DNA of 64,000 bases from an uncultured Acidobacteriota bacterium (GTDB taxonomy: Bacteria > Acidobacteriota > Vicinamibacteria > Vicinamibacterales > UBA2999). The stretch covers positions 314,952 to 378,951 of the forward strand of contig CAVPRP010000011.1 of NCBI GenBank assembly GCA_963707825.1, written 5' to 3'. The translations under genes and the position numbers were made by a program. The notes below the pieces were generated by a model, which was not told the origin of the DNA, did not search any database, and saw nothing but the letters and a program-made list of their open reading frames with translations. This document shows, piece after piece, positions 55,973 through 64,000 of the stretch. Numbering within the stretch: position 1 is the stretch's first letter; every line of letters starts with the position of its first letter.

Positions 55973-58619
55973 TCAGGACGAGCGCAGGGTCTGAATCGGG
56001 TCCACTCGCATGGCTCGGCGGGCCGGCGCAAAGGCGGCGACAGCAGCCACCCCGAGAAGCACGACAGCCACCGTGGCATACGTCGATAGGCCGGGCCGCG
56101 GCACAAAATCCAGGACGGCCATCATGACGCCGGCGAGTGCAATGGCGGCGGCCACGCCAAGCAGGACCCCGCTGCCGACCAGTGTCAATGCTCCCTTTAG
56201 AACCGTCGTAAAGATGGCGCGGGGCGTGGCGCCAAGCGCGACGCGCACGCCAAATTCATGCGTGCGTTCGGTCACGCCATAAGCGATCACGCCGTACAAG
56301 CCGATCGCCGTGAGCAGCAGCCCGAGTCCCGCAAACAGCGCCAACAGGAACGTCGTAAAGCGCTGGTTGGCCATCGAGTTGTTCAGCCGATCCTGTAGCG
56401 TCCGAACATCGTAGATGGCAAGCTCGGGGTCGGCCGCCGCCACAGCCTGGCGGACCAATTCCGGCATCGCATCGACCGACCCTGCGGCGCGCACGACAAT
56501 GTGCGGCGTCGTAATCATTCCCTGGGCATGCGGCACGAAATAGGCGGGGCTTGGCGCTTCGTTCAGCGTTTCCTGTTTGACATCGCTCACGACCCCGACA
56601 ACTTCGCGCCACGGTGTTTCCGGCTCGCCCGTGCTCAATCCCGGCTTGATGCGCTTGCCAAGCGGATTCTCGCCAGGGAAGTACTGCCGCGCGAAGCTTT
56701 CGTTGATCACGACCGTCCGCGGAGAGGTCTCAGTGTCGGCCGAGGTGAACTCGCGGCCCTGCCGGACCGGAATGCGCATCGTTCGGAAGTATCCGGGGCT
56801 GACAAAGGCAAACCCGGCGTTGAGGCGCGTTGCGGCCTTCACCGCCACCGGTCCCCGGAAGTTCAAAGCCGATGGTGTACCGCGAGCCGGATAGCGGCAG
56901 GGGGCCGACGATCGCTGCCCCCTCGACGCCTGGGAGGCGCGACAGCTCGGGCAGCAGTTGATCGTAGAACGCCACCTGCTTGGTGAATGGATAGCGGCTA
57001 TCAGGCAGGCTCACGCGCATGGTCGCGACCTGGGTCGTGTCGAAACCCGGTTCGATCCGAGTGAGCCGGTTCAGCCCGGCGATGACCAGCGTTGCCGCCA
57101 CCAGCAGCACGACGCCCAGGGCCGTCTCGGTCACGATCAGGCCGTTGAGCCAACGGCGCTGCGAACGAGTGCCGGTCGTCGTCCGCGTCGAGCCCAAATC
57201 GTGGCGCAAATTCCCGCGCGTGGCGCGTAGGGCTGGTGCCAGCCCGATCAGCAGCGCGCAGACCGCAGCCGTCAGCGCGGTGTAGGCCAACACCACCGTA
57301 TCGATCGAGACATCGCCAAGGCCCGGAATGCCGCGCGGCGCCAGACCGACGAGCAGATCGAGCGACCACCATGCGATGACCACGCCAACGACAGACGACG
57401 CGGTCGCCACGACCACAGCCTCAGCCAGCAGCAGGCGAACGACTCGCGATCGCGAGGCGCCCAGTGCCACCCGAAGCGCGAGCTCAGGCTGGCGTGAGAT
57501 CCCGCGCGACGTCATCAGATTGGCGAGATTGACGCACGCAATCAAGAACACGCAGATGACTGCCGCCAGCAGCAGGAGCAACGGCCGCTTTGCGCTGCCG
57601 ACAATGGCGTCGTGCTGCAATCTGACGAGTGAGCTGCGGTGGGCATGGTCTTCGACGTCAGCCCGAGCCAGCGCCGCAGCCAGGCCCTTGAACTCGGCTT
57701 GAACACGTGACAAAGCGACGCCGGCGCGCATGCGTCCGACAACCTGGATGAAATGGGCGCCCCGCTGTTCCGTCATCGGCGTGTCCGCGGCTGTCTCCAC
57801 TCGCGCGTCCTCGGCCATCGTGACCCACAGCTGGGTGGGCGGAGACGTGACGGGGAAGTTGAAGCCTGGCGGGGTGATGCCGATAATCGTGAAGCTCCGC
57901 CCGTTCACGGCCAGCGGGCTGCCGATCGGATTCATCACGCCTTCCAGATAGCTCCGCCGGAAGTCCTCGCTGATCACAACGACATCGGAACCGGGATGCT
58001 CTTCGTCGTTGCGGAATCCCCGCCCCGGCGATGGCTCGACACCGAGCGTGGAGAACAAATTCGCAGAGACGACAGCGCCGGGGACGTGTCGAGACGGCCC
58101 CAGTCCGGTGACGGTGAAATTTGACGTGTGATAGCCGGCCATCGACTCGAGCGTGTGCGTGCCTCTGCGCCAATCGAAGAAGTCCGGCCACGAGGCCGAC
58201 AGGGCACGCGGCGTGCCGCTGCGCAGGTCGGTTTCATTCACCGCCACGAGCCGATCGGGCTCGGCATATGGCAAGGGTCGCAGGATCACGGCCTGTACGA
58301 CGCTGAACATCGCAGTGTTCGCGCCGACACCAAGGCTGAGCGTCAAGACCGCGGCAATGGTGAATGCCGGCGCCCTCCACAACGCGCGAGTGGCGTAGCC
58401 GAGGTCCTGCCAGAAATGCTCGATCGGCTTCCACCCCCACGTGTCGGTCACCTCTTCTCTGAGGAGCAGCACGTTGCCGAACTCCCGGCGCGCGGCGTCG
58501 GCCGCCTGCTCGGGCGACTCGCCCCGGTCGACCCGATCCTGGATCGCCAGTTCCAGATGGCTGCGCAACTCGTCGTCGAGCTGTCGATCCTGGTGTCGAT
58601 GCCAGAGAGGCCACTTCAT
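55973..58619 (-). pseudogene. ADOP-type duplicated FtsX/MacB-like ABC permease; single frame disruption near 56860
   Basis: The N-terminus MKWPLWHR...DELRSHLE...REFGNV is typical of acidobacterial duplicated orphan permeases. It has two FtsX modules. The pieces are in ORFs 56730-58679 and 55973-56866. ATGA overlap with the PadR stop. Length is 1 mod 3. Confidence 0.85.
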
Positions 58620-58987
58620 GTTTCGCTCGGCCGGGTCCGGTTCAAGACGCCGGCGATGGCGGCTGACAACTGTTCCCACTTCGATCGCTCACCGGCCAGA
58701 TGCCGGCGTCCACGCGGGGTTAGCCGGTAGACACGAGTTCGCTGTTTCCGTTCGGAAATCGCCCATTGCGCGCGCAGCAGGCCTTGGCGTTCCAGGCGAT
58801 GGAGGGCGGGGTACAGCGAACCAGCATCCGCGCGCAACACGTCGCCCGAATGGAGACGGATCGCCTGGCTCAGCCCGTAGCCATGGCTGGGGGCCCAGCG
58901 CAGCTGTTCCAGGATCAGCAAATCGAGAGTGCCTTGCAGCAGGTCGATGCGATTCTTCTGTCGTGGCAGGGGCATGGGTGTCGGCAT
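58616..58987 (-). CDS. PadR-family transcriptional regulator
   Basis: LLQGTLDLLILEQLRWAPSHGYGLSQAI...GSLYPALHRLERQGLL...RVYRLTPRG. TTG 59014 is an alternative start. Confidence 0.85.
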   Translation of the reverse strand: MPTPMPLPRQKNRIDLLQGTLDLLILEQLRWAPSHGYGLSQAIRLHSGDVLRADAGSLYPALHRLERQGLLRAQWAISERKQRTRVYRLTPRGRRHLAGERSKWEQLSAAIAGVLNRTRPSET

Positions 58988-59116
58988 CCTATAGCCGTGG
59001 GTAAAGAGTGTCAATATCCTTGGGTTCCAGGGCCTCCAGGGCCTCTGAACAGCAAGCCGTGGCGAATGCCAGCCTGGAGGCGACCTGGCTCGTTTCGTGC
59101 TCTACGATTAACCGCA

Positions 59117-61440
59117 ATGAACAGTGCCCACTATTGCGGTCAGCACCATTGTTAATTCCCATCGTCGCCGTATGGCTGTTTCTGCCGCTCGCCGCTTCCG
59201 CCCAGCCTGGGACCGGCGTGTCACCGGCACCATCGTCGAAGCCAGGACCGGCGTGCCGCTCGCGGCGGTGCTCGTGAAGGTCCAATCGACGGGCCAGCAG
59301 GCGTTCTCTGACGCCGACGGCCGTTTCGAGATCGCTCGACGTTCCCGCCGGACCACAAGTCGTGCTCGTCTCCGTTGTTGGATTCGGGCTGGTGAGACGG
59401 GACGTCGCGGTCGCCGCTGGCGAAGCGGTGGACGTCAGGATTGCGGTGGCGGAAGGGGCGAGCACCTACGTCGAAGACGTCGCCGTCGCGCGGCACCGCA
59501 TTCCGCGAGGCGGAGCCGGGTGTTGCCAGTCAGTTCGTGCTGGGCAGCCGCGATCTCCTCGCCCTCCGCGGGCTCGTGGCCGACGATCCGTTCCGGGCCG
59601 TGCAGGTCCTTCCCGGCGTGGCCACCGGCGACGACTTCCGCGCCGAGTTCGCCGTGCGTGGCCTTGGACCGTCGAACATCGGGATCGCGGTGGATGGCGT
59701 CGACAGCCCGCTGTTGTTCCACACCGTCCGCGGCGTGCAGGACACCGGCTCGCATCGGCCTGATCAACAGCGACATCATCGAATCGGCGACGCTGCTTCG
59801 CCGGCGCGCATCCGCAGCGTCTGAATTCGCATCTCGGCTCGCGTCTCGACTTCACCACGCGTGACGGCTCGCGCGAGCGCCTGACGGTCCGTGGCCTCGT
59901 TGAGCGCATCGGCAGCGAGCACCGTCTGGGAAGGCCCGCTCGGCCGCAGCAAGCGCGCGAGCTGGCTGGTGGCGGTGCGCAAGAGCTACATCGACTGGCT
60001 GCTCCGGCAGATCGATTCGACCACCGACACCACCTTCGGCTTCACCGACGCGCAGGGCAAGGTCAGCGTCGATCTCTCTCCGCGCCAGACGCTGCGCGTG
60101 TCGATGATCGCCGGTCGATCCGTCCTGCGCGAAGAGGAAGCGGATCCTCGGACCCAACACGCTCGACCGCGCGCAGGCCACACACGCTGATCGGCAACGT
60201 GCAGTGGCGCTTCACGCCATCAGCCACGTTGACGATCTCGCAGCAGGCCTACGTCCTCCACGCGCGATTATTCCAATCAGGTCGTCGACGGCCGCACCCG
60301 CGAAGAGGGCAGCGACCTCGATCTGACCTGGCGCGGCGGCGCGGAGTGGAATCCGAAGACCGCGGCCACCTCATCGAGTTCGGTGCCAACGCGCAGACGC
60401 TCGACGCCGAGCGCATCGACCGCCGATTCACGGCTCAGTCCGAGCACGACCCTGCTCGATGCCACCGGCGATGCCCGGTCGGCGGCAGGCTGGGTGCAGT
60501 ATCGATGGACGCCGACCGCCCGCTTCTCGGTCACCCCGGGCGTTCGCGTTGAACACTGGCGCGCTCCACGCAACTCGCAGAATACCGGGGACACGAGCAC
60601 AGGCAGCAGCTACACGAGAGCGTCGCCGTGGCTCCTCACCGAACTCGAGATCCGGCCCGGGACTGCGGGCCCGCTTCGGCGCCGGTATCCAGCACCAGGC
60701 GCCGACGATCGATCAGTCGATCTACGCGCGACCCGGCCACGATCTGCTGCCGGAAAGCGCGCCGCAACCATCGAGGGCGGTCTCGAGCAGCGCGTTCGGC
60801 GCCGCCTGGCGAGTCGCGGGCACGGTGTATCACCGCAAAGATCGGGACGGGTTCCGCTTCGCGCAACGCCGAGGTGCGCATCGTCAACAATCAACGTGGT
60901 GTTGCCGACCGGTCCCGTATCTCGCCAACGTGCTCACCGGCGACACGCGCGGCGCCGAGCTGGTGCTGGAGCGACGCTCGGTCAACGGCCTGAACGGATG
61001 GCTGTCCTATGCGTGGAACAAGTCAACGCTCAGTGACGGCACCGAATCATTCCCGTCGGACTACGACCAGCGCCACACCGTCAACGCCTACGTCGTGTAT
61101 CGCTGGTCCGGCCGAACCAGCCTCTCGGCGCGGATGCGATACGGATCGAACTTTCCCATTGCCGGCTACATCGAGGAGGTGCCCGACGGCTACGCTCTGA
61201 GCGAGCAGCGCAACGGCGCGCGCCTGCCGGCCTATTCGCGCCTCGACCTGCGCGCCGACCGGACGTTCACCTATCCGCAAGAGCCGCCTGACGCTGTTCG
61301 TGGAAGTGGTGAACGCCATGAATCGCGACAACTATCGCCCGAACAGTCCGTTCTTCAACATCACCACGCGACGAGTGTTCGAGCCGACCGAGAAGCTGTT
61401 CCCGTTGCTGCCGGTCGCGGGAGTGCTGATCGAGTTCTGA
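59117..61440 (+). pseudogene. TonB-dependent receptor (CarboxypepD_reg + plug + barrel), heavily frame-disrupted (about 10 or more switches)
   Basis: Recognisable pieces are spread over all three frames. They are the signal IPIVAVWLFLPLAASAQ, VTGTIVEARTGVPLAAVLVKV, DPFRAVQVLPGVATGDDFRAEFAVRGLGPSNIGIAVDGVDSPLLFH, LDFTTRDGSRERL, WLVAVRKSYIDWLL and the C-terminal ...LFPLLPVAGVLIEF-TGA (61438-61440). The start is uncertain. Confidence 0.7.
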
Positions 61441-61508
61441 CGCATCTGGCAGCACGCTGACCAAGAGGACTCGGAGGTCGGAAGGGCGCCCTGCTAGACT
61501 GCCTCGCC

Positions 61509-62032
61509 ATGGCGAGTGATGCCTACACGCTGCGCGGCATCTGGACCGCGGCTCTCACCGGTCTTTGCCTGATCGCGCTTGCCTGTGGATTTCAGGCGGC
61601 GTTCTCCCCGACCGTTCGTGTGTCGTGCCCGGCGCGAACCTCGGCGGCGCCCGATTGCGACCTCCGCTGGCTCGTCGCCTTCGACATCGTCACCATACGG
61701 CATACGCCACTGCCGGCACTGGAGTCCGTCAGCGAAATCGAGCAGACGGCGAGGAGCCGCAGCGGCGGCGCCACCACGCTGTACCTGAACACCGCGCGGG
61801 CGCGTGCGGACGATCATGTGGGGCGGCGACCACGTTGAGCTGCAAGGGCTCCGAGATCCGCTGCGGGCCTACCTCGCTGACGCGCAAGCACCAGCCGCTG
61901 GAAGTGACGATGTGGCCGACCACGGCACCGGTGCGATTGATCGCGAACGCGATCGTTTGTGTGGGATTGCTGTTCTGGATCTGGTTGCCCGTGCAGGTCG
62001 CGATGGTTGTCGCGCGTCGAATTCGCTCCTAG
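61509..62032 (+). pseudogene. Hypothetical two-helix membrane protein, apparently with two +1 frame switches
   Basis: An N-terminal hydrophobic segment (IWTAALTGLCLIALACGF) and a C-terminal one (LIANAIVCVGLLFWIWLPVQVAMVVA) lie in different frames, linked by ORF 61804. The reconstruction is tentative. Confidence 0.3.
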
Positions 62033-62130
62033 CCATTCGTTGTCCGCTTTTCACGGATTGGTCAGGCAAATCGGCGCCACGACTTCGTCCGGGCCGAAGC
62101 GAGACTACGCTCACTTCCGAGGGCGCGAGC

Positions 62131-63459
62131 TTACCGCCGTGAACCGTCGATTGTCGTTTCCTGGCAGCGATCGAGCGGCGCGACGAGATGAACGACGGAA
62201 GACAGGCCGTCAGGGTCGACACGAACGGCTGGCGTATGCAGGCTCGTGACGCCGATCTCTCGTCCGGTTGCGTCGCGCGCAGGCACCAGCACTTGTCCGT
62301 GAACGTCGTACGACACTCCCTGGATCACTGTGAGGCGCAAGCGCCCGTCGACACGTTCATACGTCGACTCGCTGAAGTAGCCGCGATCGTCAGCCTGTTT
62401 CGCGTAGAGGAAACCAGAACGTGGCAGCGAGCCGTCGCGGCACACAATCTCGGCCTGTATGGTCGTGCGAGGGAGCGTCCGCTTCGGCGCAAACGGCTCC
62501 GAGGCCGATACACGACCTTGACTCACCTCGATCACCACCGCGTCCTCGCGCCGTTCCACACCAGGGTAGTACGACGGTGCAAACGGCTGGCTGACCCGGG
62601 GTGGGCTGACGACGTTGACCGTGACGAGATACCGTCCCGGCTTCACGGCGTCGAAGGTGAAGACACCGTCGTCGCCCACGGTCGTACTTCGCGAGTCCGA
62701 CAGGTCGGGCTTCGTCCAGTCATGCGTGACTGGCACCGCAACGAGCTCGACGCCGCGGGCGAACACCCCCTCCGCGGGCGCGAACGTGCCGCTGAGGTGG
62801 CCGGCGGGCCGCGGGATGATCACCACGTCACCGCAATCAGCCGACGAACGCAGGCCTACTCGCGTCAGACCCTCGAACGCCGGGCCCACGTCGGCGTGGA
62901 CCACATGGACGCCCTGCGGCACGCCGTCGAGGATGAACCCACCGTTGTTGTCGGCACGCGTCTCGAGCAGACGGCCGCCCGCCTCGAGCCAGACGCGCAC
63001 GCCGGCCATCGGCGCCGTGATGTCCGCCTGGTTGGTGAACGACTCGTTGAGGCGCAGAACCGAGCCGGTCACACGTCCACCTGGAGGTGGCAGGGCCGGT
63101 TCTGGATCGCCGGCGCGTAGCGAGCCGCCTCCCGCGCACATGTGTGTGCGAAACGTGCCTTTGCCACCGGCGCCATACGCGAGGAATCGCTCTCCGACCC
63201 GAAAGTCGAACGAGCAACTAGTGCCGGCTTCATTGCTGACCGTAACAACCGGATCGACCGTGCCTTTCCAGACACGGCTGACCTCGATGCGGGCGACGTT
63301 GACAGGTCCTTCCCGTCTTACCTCCAACACTCGACCCAGGAAGATGGCTTCAGTGGCGGCGTAGCTGCCGCATGGAGACAGTCGAGCGCACGAGCACGCC
63401 CAGACGTCTTCGGCGGTGCCGAGGGCGAGCAACACGGCGATCCAGCAGGCGGCTCTCAT
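62131..63459 (-). CDS. Secreted protein with a TIMP/NTR-like CxC N-terminal module followed by two CarboxypepD_reg-like beta-sandwich domains
   Basis: Signal peptide MRAACWIAVLLALGTAEDVWA. The predicted mature N-terminus is CSCARLSPCGSYAATEAIFLGRVLEV. GRVTGSVL...GVRVWL and GHLSGTF...GRYLVTVN are CarboxypepD_reg-like segments. Confidence 0.55.
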   Translation of the reverse strand: MRAACWIAVLLALGTAEDVWACSCARLSPCGSYAATEAIFLGRVLEVRREGPVNVARIEVSRVWKGTVDPVVTVSNEAGTSCSFDFRVGERFLAYGAGGKGTFRTHMCAGGGSLRAGDPEPALPPPGGRVTGSVLRLNESFTNQADITAPMAGVRVWLEAGGRLLETRADNNGGFILDGVPQGVHVVHADVGPAFEGLTRVGLRSSADCGDVVIIPRPAGHLSGTFAPAEGVFARGVELVAVPVTHDWTKPDLSDSRSTTVGDDGVFTFDAVKPGRYLVTVNVVSPPRVSQPFAPSYYPGVERREDAVVIEVSQGRVSASEPFAPKRTLPRTTIQAEIVCRDGSLPRSGFLYAKQADDRGYFSESTYERVDGRLRLTVIQGVSYDVHGQVLVPARDATGREIGVTSLHTPAVRVDPDGLSSVVHLVAPLDRCQETTIDGSRR

Positions 63460-63514
63460 TCGCCCATAGTTTCGCCGCGGACGGCCAGAATCAACGGTAA
63501 ACAACTGCACCGCG

Positions 63515-64000
63515 CTAGCGAGAGGGGTTCTGCCCTGCACTCGCGGTCGTGGCAGTGTCCGGCATGCGTTCGAGCCCGACCAGCTTCCAGCTGCCTCCAT
63601 CCCTGTTGAAGTAGACGCGCACGGGCTTCTTCCACGTCGGGTACGCCTCACTGTCCGCGGCGATGTCGATGGCCACGAAACCCGTCGACGGGAGATCGGT
63701 CGGCGTCGCGATCGTCGTCGTCTCGCTCTTTGTCTCCGCCAGCGGCCGCGTTCCGCCGGTCGCGTTGTCGAAGACCATCCACGAGGCGCGGTACGCGACG
63801 GCGCCCTGGGCGACGCCGCCGGCGACGGCGGCGTTCTCAAACGTGAGTCCCTTGGCATCGAGGCGCGGGTTGACGATGGGATTCACCTGCGTCAGGTAAA
63901 TTCTCTTGATCGTGTCCCGACGCTGGATCAGCACATCGGCGAGGTACTTCTCGGCCGCTGGATCGCTGAACTGCCCGGTGTGGACCACGGTCCGGATCCT
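63515..64000 (-). CDS. Hypothetical protein, C-terminal part (5' end beyond window end)
   Basis: The frame is open to the window edge with coding-like codon usage. I recognise no family. Confidence 0.4.
   Translation of the reverse strand, partial: RIRTVVHTGQFSDPAAEKYLADVLIQRRDTIKRIYLTQVNPIVNPRLDAKGLTFENAAVAGGVAQGAVAYRASWMVFDNATGGTRPLAETKSETTTIATPTDLPSTGFVAIDIAADSEAYPTWKKPVRVYFNRDGGSWKLVGLERMPDTATTASAGQNPSR

Noticed and set aside
59027-59044. Tandem 9-mer CCAGGGCCT x2, and the CAATCGA x2 repeat at 2897-2910, as possible CRISPR or VNTR arrays.
   Set aside because: Each has only two copies and no spacers. No cas genes are present. They are too short to call as repeat arrays.

Overview
High-GC bacterial chromosomal segment, roughly 65-70% GC by eye. 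The gene content points to Acidobacteriota: a PadR regulator coupled to a duplicated FtsX/ADOP permease, and CarboxypepD_reg-type TonB-dependent receptors. This placement is an inference. I saw no rRNA, tRNA, CRISPR array, transposase or integrase.

The window holds about 50 protein genes in three blocks.

(1) 1-27.3 kb: several divergent operons for sugar and sugar-acid oxidation. Together they cover most of a non-phosphorylative (Weimberg-type) pentose route: GH51 arabinofuranosidase, two mutarotases, an L-arabinose/D-galactose 1-dehydrogenase, SDRs, four SMP-30 lactonase paralogs, an IlvD/Edd aldonate dehydratase, a KdaD-like dehydratase and a KGSA dehydrogenase. The block also carries MFS transporters, GntR and IclR regulators, and a PQQ alcohol-dehydrogenase/cytochrome c operon.

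(2) 27.3-49.9 kb: a long plus-strand array of exported redox and carbohydrate proteins. It contains two DUF1080+FG-GAP paralogs, a Tat-signal TIM-barrel, two glucose-dehydrogenase-family PQQ propellers with an internal cytochrome c domain, a 7-heme cytochrome-TPR protein and a TonB-dependent receptor. A fused transketolase-like protein, a cupin, MmsA and an Nramp-like transporter follow. This block is the best candidate for an undescribed system.

(3) 50-64 kb: mixed genes. These are a histone-H1-like protein, dienelactone hydrolase, an ArsR-SRPBCC pair, a degenerate serine hydrolase, a Ser/Thr kinase plus a kinase remnant, PadR-ADOP, a decayed TonB receptor and a secreted TIMP-like CxC protein.

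At least 15 genes are interrupted by 1-nt indels, and the indels are strongly clustered in three genes. This could be assembly error or real pseudogenisation; the sequence alone cannot settle it. Many long ORFs in the supplied track are antisense shadows or read-through chimeras of adjacent genes.
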